Of a DNA stretch of 64,000 nucleotides, positions 1 through 12,431 are shown one piece after another (the first letter of the stretch is position 1; every line of letters starts with the position of its first letter). The notes below the pieces were generated by a model. The model did no database searches. It was not told the DNA's origin and saw nothing but the letters and a program-made list of their open reading frames with translations. The translations under genes and the position numbers were made by a program. The DNA is from Phyllosticta citribraziliensis (taxonomy: Eukaryota). The stretch is taken from the NCBI RefSeq assembly GCF_038025025.1, contig NW_027117349.1, positions 62,001-126,000 on the forward strand, in the 5' to 3' direction.

Positions 1-599
1 CAGCTGAGAGAGAAAAAATGCGCGAAAGGGACAGGGAGCTGGCTTCGCAGCGATTGGAAGAGGAGAAGAGAAGAGAAGACGCGGAAATGACTACCGACTC
101 GGAGACCGGGGAGAGAAGGAAACGGGCAAAAACGAAACGTGGCGGCGGCAAACGGAAGAAGAAGGGCGACGAGAGTGATACCGAAGGAGGGGATGGCTCA
201 GATGGTGAGGCTGGGGGTCGCCGCAGCAGGCGCAGGACTACCACTTCGGCCACGCCCGGCGACTCTGGAGATGAGCGACCTCGCAAGAAGAAGAAGAGAA
301 AGCTCGAGCGCAAGACGAAGCAGAACAGCAAGTTCAAGTCAGCCGAGTTCATTCAGAGCGACGATGACGACGACTTATTTGGGGACGACTCACCCCAGGC
401 TGGCAAGAAAGCTGCGGATGATGACGAGCGGGAAGGAGAAGCCGAAAAGACTCCGGAGAGTGATGATGAGGTTTCGGTGCAGAGGCAGCGCAAGTCCGCC
501 AGGGTCGTCGATGATGACGAGGAAGAAGACTCCGCCGAGCCAGCAAACGGTGCTGTCGACGGCGAAGGCGACACGCCGATGCCAGAAGCCGAGGAGTAG
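1..599 (+). CDS. CTR9: 3' end (partial) of Paf1-complex subunit Ctr9-like protein, charged low-complexity tail
   Basis: Open frame from the window edge to TAG at 597-599. 'EMTTDSETGER..KRKKKG..SDT..PRKKKKRKLERK..SKFKSAEFIQSDDD' resembles the C-terminal tail of fungal Ctr9. The TPR region would lie outside the window. Confidence 0.65.
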   Translation, partial: AEREKMRERDRELASQRLEEEKRREDAEMTTDSETGERRKRAKTKRGGGKRKKKGDESDTEGGDGSDGEAGGRRSRRRTTTSATPGDSGDERPRKKKKRKLERKTKQNSKFKSAEFIQSDDDDDLFGDDSPQAGKKAADDDEREGEAEKTPESDDEVSVQRQRKSARVVDDDEEEDSAEPANGAVDGEGDTPMPEAEE

Positions 600-1584
600 A
601 CGCGTCGGACAGGCTGATCGACAAATGAAGCCCTGCTTGGTGGTCCGGGTATCTGCATTAGCATGGGCGTCTGGAAAAATGGCGGGCAGTTCCGTTAGGA
701 AAGTTCATGCGACAGGTTGACGTGCATTTCTCTTCCTTGTGAACTCTCAATTACTTTGAAAATGGAGACTTCATTCTGTAGGTCATGGATGGACCGAGAC
801 GTTTGAACTCTATTCGTCGTGGTACTAATGCCATGTGTGAACCATCGGTCTCCTTTGATATTCGACCCAACCATGTTTAGGTGTGTTTGCCAGACAGAAT
901 TCCGTGATTCTTCAATGCTCGATTTTGCTAACAATCCCCGGCGGCGAAGCACTCAGCCCCAAGGAAATAGGACGTGATATCGGCGGATGCACCAAGTTTC
1001 GCGGTTCCGAGACCAAAGGCGCGGAGTGCAACGACTCAGGGATCAATTCTGTGAGCACCTCATACTGAAGGTCCACCACAAATAATCGGCCAAGACTGGA
1101 GACATCCGGAAGGATGAAGAAGGCCTTTCGTCATGCATGCACCATTGTATGCGTCAAGCTAGCCATGAAAAACGTTAGTATTCCCGCGCCGCAGCACCAA
1201 TACCCGGGGACTCATGGCGTGCTAACAAGTCTGGGAAAAGCGACCACAGACTACTGCGGAGAACACGGCCATCGCCATGGACGCCCAGCTCCCACGTCGG
1301 CTGGCCAATCGCGTCATCGGCTTTTGGATTGCACGATGCAACTTTAGCCCCACGACAGATTATCGCCATACGACCGCTTTCTTGACTCTCGAGTCTCGGC
1401 ATGCGTGAGTGGAAAGTGGGACGCGGTTTAAAATGTAGTTTGCTGCCCTCGTTTCGCAGTGATCAGTTTCGACGTCGAGCCAGCCCGACCGACTCTGTTC
1501 CTGTGACTCCCCCGCGACAAAGGCCAAGGGAAAGAGAGACGAACGCTTTGGACTGCCTCCCGATCTGCGCAGCTTCGTCAGGCC

Positions 1585-3846
1585 ATGGATGTCAACGCCA
1601 ACCCTAACGCACCGCGTTACCGCGCATCCCACGATGTCGAATCAAAGGGCGACCACCGCTTCTCTATACGCCGGATGGCGTCGCCCGGAGCCGAGTCGTC
1701 TGTCATCAAGACGACGGGCAGCATTGCTTTCGTCGGAGAGCAGGGTGCAAACGGCTCGATACCAACTTACCAGGTAGCGACTGGCGCTCCTGTGGAGAAG
1801 GAGTCTCCTCTGGGTTACGAAGTGAATTGGATTTCAATCATCTTCCTGAACATCTCGCAGATGGTCGGCACAGGTGTCTTTTCAACTCGTAAGTCATCAT
1901 TTCGTCTTTCCACGAAAGTTGCGCCTTTGTGCTGCATATTCAGCTTTCATCGGGGTCCCTTGTGCAAGGAAGAAAAGTTAGTTGACAAGCATATCCAGCC
2001 TCGACCATCCTCTCCGCCACAGGATCCGTCGGCATGAGCTTCATCTACTGGGTTCTCGGCTTTGTCATTTCCTGCTGCTCGCTCGGGACCTACCTGGAAC
2101 TGGCCTCGTACTTCCCCTCTCGATCTGGCAGCGAGACAGTCTATCTGGAAAACGCCTACCCGAGGCCGAAATGGTTCTTCCCAACGGCCTTTGCTGTCCA
2201 GACTGTAATTTTGAGCTTTAGCAGCAGTAACGCCGTGGGTAAGTTACGCATGCCTCTACTCGTGCCGGCAAGGTCGGGTCCAGGTTCGAGTAACAAATCG
2301 GATTAGTAGAAGCTGATATTTGTCAGTGCTTGCACAGTACCTCTTCAAAATGGCCGACCATGAAGCAACTGCCTGGGAGCAAAAAGGAGTTGCAGTGGCT
2401 TCGTACACAATTGCAACCATATGTATGGAATTCTCTACCTTGGCGTTTCAGATGTGTGCTTACTTTTCTGCAGTCATGATTGCCAACACCCGATTTTCAC
2501 TGCACATCTCAAACGCCATTGGACTGGTGAAAGTGCTCACTCTAGTTTTGTATGCATCTCCGACTTCTGTGTCATAGAAGTGCGTGGCTGACAGATTCCA
2601 CAGCATTAGCATCGCCGGTCTGGTTTGTCTTGGTGGAAACACCAAGGTGGCCGACCCGATGAAGAATTTCCACAACGCCTTTGCTGGAACATCGAGCAAC
2701 GGCTACAGCATGGCAAATGCGCTCGTGAAAATCACCTTCTCGTACTCTGGCTACCAAAATGCTTTCAACGTCATGAACGAAATCAAGGTAAGATGGAATG
2801 CACGACCTTTTGGGGGAGACAACTTGATAACACTGTCCCAAGGATCCTGTCAAGACGATTCGAAAGAGCGCGCCCGCGGCTTTGTTGGTTGTCGCAATCT
2901 TGTACATCCTCTGCAACGTTGCATACTTTGCAGCTGGTAAGTGCAAACAAACCCAGAACCAACCCTTTCGTCTATCATCCCAAGCTGACACGCCCAAGTC
3001 CCCGCCGAAGAAATCCTCGCATCCGAACAAACCGTGGCGTCGCTCTTCTTCAGCGCCATCTTCGGCACGCAAGCCGCGCGGGGCCTCAACTTCCTCGTCG
3101 TCTTGAGCGCCTTTGGCAATCTCCTCGCCGTGCTGATCGGACAATCGAGGGTGATTCGTGAAATCGGCCGACAGGGGATGCTCCCCTGGACATCTTTCTG
3201 GGTATCGACCAAGCCCTTTGGCACTCCTATGGGCCCTTATCTACTCAAAGTAAGTAGTCTTGATGATTCCGAGTGGACCACGGCAGCATTGACGATTTTT
3301 GCTTAGTGGGCGATGACAGTGCTGATGATATTGGCGCCGCCGGCTGGCGACGCTTTCAACTTCATTGTCGACCTGCAGACGTACCCCTCGGCCGTCTTCC
3401 TCTTCCTCATGACGCTCGGCCTCTACTTCATTCGCCGCCAGCGCAAGCGCATCGGTGCCGGCCGCAGCGAGTTCCGCTGTTGGGACTCTGCCATCATCTT
3501 CACGCTTGCCGTCAACCTGTTCCTGCTCATCATGCCGTGGTATCCGCCCCTCGGTGGCGCTACCGGAGGAGATGTCAGTTTCTGGTACGGCACGTACTGC
3601 GTGGTTGGCATTGGCATCATACTCGCCTGCATTGTCTACTACTGGCTATGGATCTTCGTGCTGCCTTACTTTGGCGGATACAAAATGCGGCAGAAGACGG
3701 TCACGCTGGACGATGGCTCGGTTCTGCACCAGCTCGTCAAGGTGCCGAATAGTGAGATTAGACAGTGGGACGAGGAGCATGATGCCGTAGGCAATGTCAT
3801 TGGAAGCGGCGGAGAGCAGTCAGTCGCCCAGCAGGAAAAACATTGA
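1585..3846 (+). CDS. APC-family amino-acid permease, methionine permease (MUP1/MUP3)-like; about 8 exons
   Basis: Motifs 'GAPVEKESPLGY', 'LNISQMVGTGVFST', 'YLELASYFPSRSGSETVYLENAYPRP', 'FSYSGYQNAFNVMNEIK', 'SRVIREIGRQGMLP', 'APPAGDAFNFIVDL' are joined across GT-AG introns (e.g. 1889-1998, 2259-2326, 3250-3306). Start is ATG 1585 or 1675. Confidence 0.88.
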
Positions 3847-4133
3847 ACATCTGGGAGAGGGACACGGTTGATGCTAGAGTCTTCAATGCGAAAAGAAGGA
3901 GCGACGCGAAAGATGCAGCAATTTGGGGCTTCAGGCTTTGAAAACCACAAGATCAGGGTACAAAAGAGGTCAAGAGAAGAAAATTATGAGTGACTTTCAA
4001 GAGACAATTTCAAGTATCAAATCTTCCTCGTTTTTGTCTAAGGTACATGAATAGGAGACGGCCGCCTGAGAATGCTACGCTGAATGATGGCCAGATGGCT
4101 AGAATGTATACATAATTAAAGCGCTTTCAATAC

Positions 4134-5828
4134 TCACGGCAACTTGAACCCACCAGCCTGCCTGTTGTTCCAGAAGCGGTGAGGGTCGACCGAATCCCTG
4201 ACCCGCTGCGCAAACTCTCGCGAGTCCTTGTGAATATTGGCCCAGTAATCCTCCCTCCAGTACCCGTCGTTCATGAAGACCGGTCTGTACACATCAGGCA
4301 GGCGACCATCCGAGACGCCCTGTTCGACAATGTCCTTCATGCCGCCGTACAGCTCAACAGTCTTCTTGTCGACGAGCGCGTCAGTGTCCGAAGTGCCGGG
4401 CCAGTACGAGTAGTCGAACTCGAAGATGATGCGGTCGGCGCCCTCGTCAAAGGCCATAAGATCACCGCCATTTTCCTGTGCAACCTTGGCGAAGAGCGTT
4501 GGGTACGGTTGGAACGCAAAACTGCCGACGAGTCCAAGGACCGTGGCCATGCTGTTCGTCACGTTCTCCCAGTGCTGGTAGCACGTCTGCAGGTGCGAAG
4601 CGGTGGTGTTGACGTCCGTGGCAAGCGGCGTTGTTGCCGTCGAGATGGTGTACACGGAGCCGTTAACGACGGCCCAGTTGTTGAAGGTCAACAGGTCGGC
4701 GTAGGTACGGTTCTTGCAGTTGTTGATGGTGGGATTGAGCGACGTGAACATGTCGAAGACGCCCGCGGGAGGCTCCGGTCCGTCGTAGAACAGGAAAATG
4801 ACCCACTGCTGGTAAAGACTCGCCACGGTGATTTCGGACGTGGCGATGATGGCGGCCTTGGGATCTGGGTAGTTTTGCGTGAAGTTTTGGACCGCGGCAA
4901 GAATCTCGTCATTCTGGTCACCGCCGAACCAGAGGTTACCGCCCCAGACCTAGGAAGTTCTTAGTCTGCAGCCGCCGTGGACGTGGTCAAAAAGGACATA
5001 CCTGGCCGTTCTCGCCAATGGGATGAGTCTTGAGAGTGTACGTCGTAACGACACCGAAATTCGGGCCACCTCCCTTCAGAGCCTTGTAAAGATCCGAGTT
5101 ATGGGAGCTCGACGCGGTCACGATCGAAGCGTTGGCAAGCACCACTTCGAACTCTTCCACATTGTTTGCAGCCCATCCATGTTGCGAGGAAAGAAAGCTC
5201 AATCCGCCTGCAGTGGTTAGCCGGTCATGTCGACGAGACAGCTCAAAATGTGAACGCTTACCACCAATAATGAAGCCACCAATCCCGACGTGACCGATGC
5301 GCCCGCCGACAGCGGCAACATTGTGCTCTTGGAGCGCTTCAATGAGGTCCTGCCACCGATTGCCAGCGCCAACGCGCACGGTACTGGTAGACGGATCGTA
5401 CGTGATTTCTTTCAGATTAACGGTGGAGATGAGCGGGCCGTCGCTGATACTCGAAAAGTTCTGGTTCGGGTTGTGTCCGCCAGACTTGACGGAAAATGTC
5501 TCGTTGTTTCCATTGAGGGCCTTGATGGCAGCAGCAACCCCCTGGGCATCGCTTGGCTCGATAATGCAAGCGGGCTTCAGATCCGCACATCCAACTGACC
5601 TGAGGGGCGCAAATGTAAGTCCGAGGAGCTTTCACGAAAGGACACATTTGGTGGTGCGTACCAATAAGCGTTACTTTCGTTGTCATATGCCGTAGACCCT
5701 GAGGAGGCAATGGTGAATCCGTCGACCGAGTTGGACTGCAATTGGGATGCCAGTGTATCGCAGGTCAAGGCACCAGCCGCAACAGTGCTGGCAAAGAGGC
5801 CAACGAGGGCGGAGGAGAGGAGAGACAT
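4134..5828 (-). CDS. Secreted FAD-linked oxidoreductase (FAD_binding_4 / berberine-bridge-enzyme-like); 4 exons
   Basis: Signal-peptide-like 'MSLLSSALVGLFASTVAA'. FAD-attachment motif 'FSVKSGGHNPN', then 'VGGRIGHVGIGGFIIGGGLSFLS', 'DLYKALKGGGPNFGVVT' and C-terminal 'RVRDSVDP..GGFKL'. First intron 5600-5661. Confidence 0.88.
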
Positions 5829-6625
5829 GACTGCTAGGGTATGACCAAACCTCGACGCTGACGAAACCACGGCATGTCAAGGCCGGCTCATGAGTACTTA
5901 TACAGGCTGCGAATCCACAGCAGGGTGGCGCGTGTGCTTGGAGGATCAACTCCCATGCGCCATCCGGGTGGCTTTCACGAAGAAACTTTGCTCGGGCATG
6001 GCCCAGACGACGAACAAGGGCGCTGCTGTCCAGAGGCCCACGTCTCGGCTTCGAACATGTCAGCCTACTGTACAATGATCATAGGGCTTAGCCCAACGAA
6101 GCAAAAGACTTGCCATCAACCTAGACCATGGTCGGGGGCGATTCCAAAAGAGGCTAGGGCGCGTTTGTTGTTTGATGGATTAAGGTTAGGATGGCTAGGT
6201 TTGGTAGTGCTCTGGGAGGCGTCATGGCGCGGTTTACTGGTCATCTTGGCGGGTGGTAGTGAAGCGGGCAGTGCTTAGGTACATGAAGGAGACGGCCAGC
6301 GGCATCGTGGGTCGAGTGCAGTGTGGCGAGTCTTGGTTGGACGCAGCAGAGATTCGTCTGCAACTGCAGGGTCGCTTAAAGAAAGAGGCAGCCGCCGGGT
6401 CGAGTGGCAGATTGGGATGAGCACGTCGGATTTCCATGGGGACGAAGATGAATCCGGGGTCATCGGGTGAGAAGCACGAGGCTCGGTCCGCATTGCCAGA
6501 CGTGCAGCCTCGCTTAACCTTCATCGTACTCGACATGCAACTCTGTTTCTTGTTTTCGTCCTTCTCATTGTTTCCATATGCTTGGGTATCAAGTGCCAAA
6601 TTCTCCAATGCCTTCGCCTTGCACC

Positions 6626-9600
6626 TCACGCATCAGGCGCCACAAAGACCTCAACCACTCTGAACATCCTCTGCCTTCTCAGCTGCTTGTCCTTCTCTTT
6701 TCCAGCAGACTTCTCCCCTGCCCGGATCATTGCCTCTGCCAGTGCCCCAGCCAAACCTTTCTCCACATTCTGTGCCGCACTCTTCTGCGCCTCGCTCGCG
6801 CTCCTCATCCTGCCTCCCACGGCTGTCAACGTTCTCTTGATTGGGCTGGTAGGGCTGTTGATATCCGCTGCATCCCCCTTGCCCGCGTTCCTGATCTCTG
6901 TAGCCACTCGGCCCAGCATGCTGGTCATGAGCACAAAAGTGACCGAGTGGTTGGGAGACTTTCCAATCACTTCCAATATCCATGTGCGCTCCTCGTCCCG
7001 GGATGGTTTTTTCTTGCTCTTGGCATGGTCGTCGTAGCCAGCTTCCAATTTCGCCCACAGTTCCGATGGTACAACACCGTCTTCCAGACTCAATAGGAAC
7101 AGGACAAGGGTCTCGGAGAGTGTCTCGAGCTTCATGAACGACGTGTCTTCGGCGTCGAATCCTTGCTCGATGGACTTGTCATCGTCAATCGCGTCAGCAA
7201 TGGAGCACTTCATCCTCTCCCTGGCGTCGGAATCCTTGAACGTCCAGCTTCCGGGAGCAAAAGGCCAGCCCGAGCCAGATGTATTTTGAGCAACCGCGGA
7301 CCAAGGCGCAGGTGTACCCTCCTCGTGGTCCACCATGCCCCACTCGGCCACCGCACGCTCAAGGAGATCTTCAAGAGATTCAGTCAGTCGGAATAGCTCC
7401 CGAGGGGCTGACCAAAACCTCGTGCCGGGGCTGCTGTTGGAGTCGTCGCTGTTGCGATCATCTTTACTCTTCTTGCCTTCATCACTGCTCATGCGTTGGT
7501 GTTGAAGCTTGCGAGCCCCGCCCTCTGGGATCCGGATGAGTTTGTCTATTGAACGTCCAAATGCCGACTGCTGCCATTCTGCTCGAATCGGGAGGAAATG
7601 GTCTCTTCCGTCATTGACTCGTAGCACAAGAATGTCTTCAAGCTGTGCTCGGTCCTCATTAAGGTCTCGGACAAGCTCCAAGTCATCGATCTTGATCTCC
7701 AGCTCAATGTTGCACGCTTCCCCAGGGTCGAGCGTGTAATGGGGGTTGATGGCGGCACCTGCCTTGTCAGGCTCGCGATCAAATCTCATCGACAGCCACA
7801 AGGGTAGCTTAGTCTCATCCTCGTCGCTACCAGGTTGGCCGAAGAAGCCGATTGTTGCAGGGACCTGGCCAGTGTTCGCAACCGTGACGTTACGGCGTTT
7901 GGCCTCAAAAATTCTGACAGGCCCGAAGTTGACGCCGTCAAAGCTCTGTTGCTTGCCGTCCACCGTCTCCTTCTTACTATGATCTCTCTCCACGATCAAG
8001 GTGACTCCCGGTCTTCCTTCGTTTTCTGCCCGGTCAAGTTCTTTGGCAACTTCGGCAAGCACATGTGCCTTGAGCTCGGCCACAACGCTATCATACTTGA
8101 GCCGGAAGACGGCGACGAGAGGTTTGTGATCCGATGACAGCACATCTTGGTAGGCGCCATAGTGCTCGAGCTCGATTTCATCATCAAAGCCCTCCTTGGT
8201 CGTCACCGTCTCTGGCTCCTCACCCGCGTCTGCAAACTCGTCATAGTCATCGTCAGCGTCTGTGGCAGGGTCATACTCGAACAGAACCTCATCGTCGTTG
8301 TTTGAGTCCAGTCCTTCCTTTTTCATCTCTTCATCGCGCTTCTGGATCTCCTCCTCCTCTTTGATCTTCTGCTCATAAGCTGACTTGTCGCGCCGCGTTC
8401 GGAAGAGGATGCGATCACACCAACTAGGGCACCGGCGCTTCTCGCTCGAATCAAAGACGCCAACAGTGCCAACATCGTACTTGTACGTCGGCAGAAAGTT
8501 GATTTCCCCTTCTCTCCATCCATCATGGAAGGCCTTTTTGGCCTTTTGCTGCTGACGCAACTCGTCATGCGGGAGGAGCGAGTCCAAGGTGGCCTGGAGC
8601 GAAGCAGGATCAAGACTTGCTGGCAGTGGTTCAGGTTCGAGCACGCCATCTGGATCGATGGATTCCGACGTGCTCTCAGCGTCATCCTCTTTGACCACGT
8701 CCAACGACGTCCGCGCAGAAGACGGATTGCTGACCTCATCACTGCCGGATGCCTTGGCTGATTTTTTGGCGACGTCGTACTCGTTGTGCGTATGTAGCAT
8801 CAGAAGCCGCCGGACATCATTTCCTGGCATCCCTTCCAGCCGGTAATTCAAGTCGCCAAACCAAAAGGCAAAGTCTTCTTCGCCCAGAGATTCATCATTC
8901 ACGTGGGACACGCCCATGGAGTCGACTATGGGATCGAATTTTGCCCGACTTGCGACCTGAGCCGCATCCCAATTCCGCCTCTCCAACGCCGTCTTGTCTG
9001 CGCCGGCCGCCAGGTGGCTGTTTATGAAGACCATCCTCGTTGTCTCTCCCAATACGATCCTCGCAGCAACGCCGCCCTTGTTTCCCATGTATCCCATGAG
9101 GCCGGTCCCCACGCTAGTTGTGCTGACAGATCTCACTTCTGGTGCGACAGACGGAGACGCGAAGACGAGCAGGAGAAGACCGATCAACTGTTGCTCGGCA
9201 ACAAGCTTGTATCCCTTCGGCAAGGCATCCTCCACCGAAGACTTGAACTTGGACGCAGTTGCAGGGTCCGTGTATGGTCGCAAGGCTTCGGCAGCCGAGG
9301 TAATGTCGACAACCTCCTGGAGGCCCAACACGTAGAGGTCTACATCGCCAGACACGTCCGTGGCACTCTCAGCTTCAGACGAAGCTGACTTTCTTCGGTC
9401 CGTCTCGTGCTCTTGCGCTACGCTACTGTCTTGGACGACTTCTTCGCTGGTTGTGGGTGCCGCGGCGGACTGTGAAGAGACAGCGGGGTCGAAAGCTGGC
9501 GAGGGGACGTCGAAAGGTTTGCCACGCACAAACCAAGATGCGACATCGTTGTGGGTGTCCTTGAACGAGGCGACGTTCCAGGAGCCAACCTTTATGCGGA

Positions 9601-9751
9601 TTTCCTTGGGACGCACGTACTCGGCTCGGCGGGCATATATGGCCTGGTGGAGGCTATGGGGAGTGGACGAGGACGCAGCAGCAAGGGCGGCAGGAAAAGC
9701 GCCTGGGATGGACTGGTCCAGCGAGGACGTGGGGTCGGTTTCGGGGGGCAT
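6626..9751 (-). CDS. OCRL/INPP5B-type inositol polyphosphate 5-phosphatase (5-phosphatase + ASH + RhoGAP-like region)
   Basis: Single long ORF with 'GSWNV', 'LGLQE', 'GYMGNKGGV', 'FINSHLAA', 'FWFGDLNYR', 'PTYKYD..RCPSWCDRIL', 'SDHKP'; then ASH-like 'TVANTGQVPA' and 'LEDILVLRVNDGRDHFLPI'. First ATG at 9751. Confidence 0.9.
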   Translation of the reverse strand: MPPETDPTSSLDQSIPGAFPAALAAASSSTPHSLHQAIYARRAEYVRPKEIRIKVGSWNVASFKDTHNDVASWFVRGKPFDVPSPAFDPAVSSQSAAAPTTSEEVVQDSSVAQEHETDRRKSASSEAESATDVSGDVDLYVLGLQEVVDITSAAEALRPYTDPATASKFKSSVEDALPKGYKLVAEQQLIGLLLLVFASPSVAPEVRSVSTTSVGTGLMGYMGNKGGVAARIVLGETTRMVFINSHLAAGADKTALERRNWDAAQVASRAKFDPIVDSMGVSHVNDESLGEEDFAFWFGDLNYRLEGMPGNDVRRLLMLHTHNEYDVAKKSAKASGSDEVSNPSSARTSLDVVKEDDAESTSESIDPDGVLEPEPLPASLDPASLQATLDSLLPHDELRQQQKAKKAFHDGWREGEINFLPTYKYDVGTVGVFDSSEKRRCPSWCDRILFRTRRDKSAYEQKIKEEEEIQKRDEEMKKEGLDSNNDDEVLFEYDPATDADDDYDEFADAGEEPETVTTKEGFDDEIELEHYGAYQDVLSSDHKPLVAVFRLKYDSVVAELKAHVLAEVAKELDRAENEGRPGVTLIVERDHSKKETVDGKQQSFDGVNFGPVRIFEAKRRNVTVANTGQVPATIGFFGQPGSDEDETKLPLWLSMRFDREPDKAGAAINPHYTLDPGEACNIELEIKIDDLELVRDLNEDRAQLEDILVLRVNDGRDHFLPIRAEWQQSAFGRSIDKLIRIPEGGARKLQHQRMSSDEGKKSKDDRNSDDSNSSPGTRFWSAPRELFRLTESLEDLLERAVAEWGMVDHEEGTPAPWSAVAQNTSGSGWPFAPGSWTFKDSDARERMKCSIADAIDDDKSIEQGFDAEDTSFMKLETLSETLVLFLLSLEDGVVPSELWAKLEAGYDDHAKSKKKPSRDEERTWILEVIGKSPNHSVTFVLMTSMLGRVATEIRNAGKGDAADINSPTSPIKRTLTAVGGRMRSASEAQKSAAQNVEKGLAGALAEAMIRAGEKSAGKEKDKQLRRQRMFRVVEVFVAPDA

Positions 9752-10047
9752 TCGTGCGGTGAAGGGTGAGGGAGAGAGAGCGAGAGGCAAGGCAAGGTAT
9801 GCTCACATGTCGGTACAGGGCAGGTAACAGAGTGACTGAGGGTGGCCGCGAATTAAGCGGGCGAGGGTTTAGCTATGACGCACTACAGATGTCTGCAATA
9901 ACGTGGCCGCCGCTCGGCTTTCCAACACCTCAGCCACAACACCACACCACAGTACCCCGCAGGTATCCATCCCCATCGTCATCCGCTTGGGAGTCCTCTC
10001 TTTCTACTTCCGTTGTGATATCTAGCATCCCCTTTCTTTTGCCAACA

Positions 10048-11043
10048 ATGTCTCCTTCCAAGGAGCCCCCCCAGTCCGACTACGACACAGACACCCTCCA
10101 GAACGACATCAACCTCAGCGTCCCCGTGGCCGGTCCTAGGACTACCGAAGTGCTCAATCTGTCCGTCTTGCGTCGCCAAGACCCCAACATCACCGGAATC
10201 CTCTCCATCGCCCCTTACGTTGTCTTGTACCAAATCTCCGTCGAGACCAGCACGTGGGAGAAATCGGGCACCGAGGGCACCATGTTCGTCGTCCAGCTCA
10301 CTAATTCTGAGATTGGTTCGACCCGATTTGCCGTCGTCATCCTGAATCGCCGCTCTCTCGACAACTTCATTGCCGAGCTCAAGACCCCTGAAGACGTCGA
10401 AGTCAACGAAGACTTTGTCATTCTCAGCGTTCCAACCGTCGACCAAGAAGAGTCTCAAATCTACGGCCTCTGGATTTTCTCGGAACCCCCTCCATCGTCG
10501 ACCGCCGAGTCTCGCGAGATCAACGCCCGCATGATCCAGGAATGTGCGCGCATGGCCGAGACCTCTCGCAAGGCCATGCAGCAGCTGAACCCAGACTACG
10601 CCAGCTCCGACCATCAGGAGGCGCCCCACTCCGTGCCCATGGGCCGCCAGGTCTCGCTGCGCGAGCTTTTTGGCCAACAGCGCGAGGCCGATGCCGACTT
10701 TTCCATCCACGAGCACGGAGCTCCGTCCGCCTCAAGTCTGCCAAAGCCGCCCGCTCATGCCATGCCAACTCCAATGTTTGCTCCGACTGCCGACACGCAG
10801 TTCTTCCACGCTGCGCCTGCCACCAAGAGCCCTGCCATCAACTTTTCAACGGCCCCTTCAGCCGGCATCCAGCACCACCAGTACCAGGCCCCGGCAGTCC
10901 AGCAGCACGCCCCGTTCCAGCAGCAGTTTCCCGCGCAGCAGCAGCAGCAGCACGGCGCAGTCCAGCCCGCGCCGACCAACGACGTCATGGGCAGAGATGC
11001 GTTGCTGAAGCTCTTCACGCAGCGCACAGACTTTGGTAAATAA
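10048..11043 (+). CDS. DCP1: mRNA decapping coactivator Dcp1 (EVH1 domain plus low-complexity tail); may extend by splicing to 11324
   Basis: 'LNLSVLRRQDPNITGILSIAPYVVLY..WEKSGTEGTMFVV..VILNRRSLDNF..IYGLWIF' is the Dcp1 EVH1 signature. ATG 10048 is in good context (acaATG). Confidence 0.88.
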   Translation: MSPSKEPPQSDYDTDTLQNDINLSVPVAGPRTTEVLNLSVLRRQDPNITGILSIAPYVVLYQISVETSTWEKSGTEGTMFVVQLTNSEIGSTRFAVVILNRRSLDNFIAELKTPEDVEVNEDFVILSVPTVDQEESQIYGLWIFSEPPPSSTAESREINARMIQECARMAETSRKAMQQLNPDYASSDHQEAPHSVPMGRQVSLRELFGQQREADADFSIHEHGAPSASSLPKPPAHAMPTPMFAPTADTQFFHAAPATKSPAINFSTAPSAGIQHHQYQAPAVQQHAPFQQQFPAQQQQQHGAVQPAPTNDVMGRDALLKLFTQRTDFGK

Positions 11044-12431
11044 AGACTCCTTGACCCCCCCTTTTCACCATCAGTCTTGATATATACTGCATCGCAGATG
11101 CTCCTGTCGAGACGCCTTTTGGCACCTTCACCAACTTCATCCAGGCCGATGATGCCCGGGTGCGCGCCTGGAGCCGCGCCAACCGTCCGCCTCCGGGATC
11201 GTCGCCGACGTACGTGACGACGTTTGTCAAGCGTCTTCCTAACGGCAAGAAGCTTCCTCCTGTCGTCACCATCACCAAGGGTTCCTCTGGAGGCTCTTCT
11301 GGAGAAAAGCCGGCTGCAGACTGAAGAGGTTTGTGCGAACTTCAGCCCTCGTCGGTAGCTCTACTGACCAACGAACAGATCAACAGCCGCAGAGTCTTGG
11401 GGCTTGCTTCGTCGACTGAGATGAATTCATCGAGGAAGCACTAGGGGAGCTGTATGAGCTGACGGAGTTTTGGGATTTCTAAAAACGGTGCTGGGGTAGT
11501 CCTTTTGGATATGGGATTTTCCTCTTGCGAAACGAGGCGTAGAGTGCGTCAGTCGGACAGATTGAGCATGGCGCATGGTTGGGTCATACGGCACAGGACC
11601 ACGTCTGGGCATACCAGAAAGACACAGACAGCCACCAGGGTCACAGAAGCCCTGTACATCAAATACCACAAATCACTTCTCTTTGTTCAACCACCTGCGT
11701 GAGCGAACGTACGGCCGAACAAACAAGATGACGAATAGGTCGGTAAGCAGGCTAGCACTGTCGACGCAAAAGCCAAAAAGCCAGTCCGCCGTCTTCACTT
11801 AGCCTCGGTCTGGCTTCACCACAGCAATCAAAGCTACATGTATTCGTTCGCTTCCGGCCGACAGGTGTCGACAGGCACGCCTAGCCGCCTGTCACCACGG
11901 CGATGGCGCCGTGATTGCTCTGGGAACTGATGGACAGACGTAGAGACAGACGGCACGGGACGGGACGACACGACTGCGCTGCGGCACAATGGATGGTTTG
12001 CGGCTCGCCGCAGTAGGTTCGGTTGTAAGGGCTAGCTACGTACGGTACACGGCCCATGACAACGGCAAAGGGTCCGCGAGCTTGTGCGAAAAAGGGGTGC
12101 GAATAGATACCAAGACAAAATAACTTTTTCTATTTGCTGAAGAAGCGGAACAAGACAATTCCCGGCGAACCAACCAAAACTAGGGGTAAGAGATGCGCAA
12201 AGTCTAGTAACGCCGAGAAACAAGGCAACGGCCAACGGAGAAGATGGACAAGAAGGACAGAAGCTTATGATGACAGTGGAGTGGTGGTGGCGGCCACTGA
12301 AATTGAAGAAACACCAGAAACGATGGACAAATACAACAAGAGAAGAGAACAAGAACCAAGTCTACAGAAGGGAAGAGTGTGCACGAGAAGGAAGAAGAGG
12401 ACCAAGACTAGACAGGGTAAGATCAAGGCGT

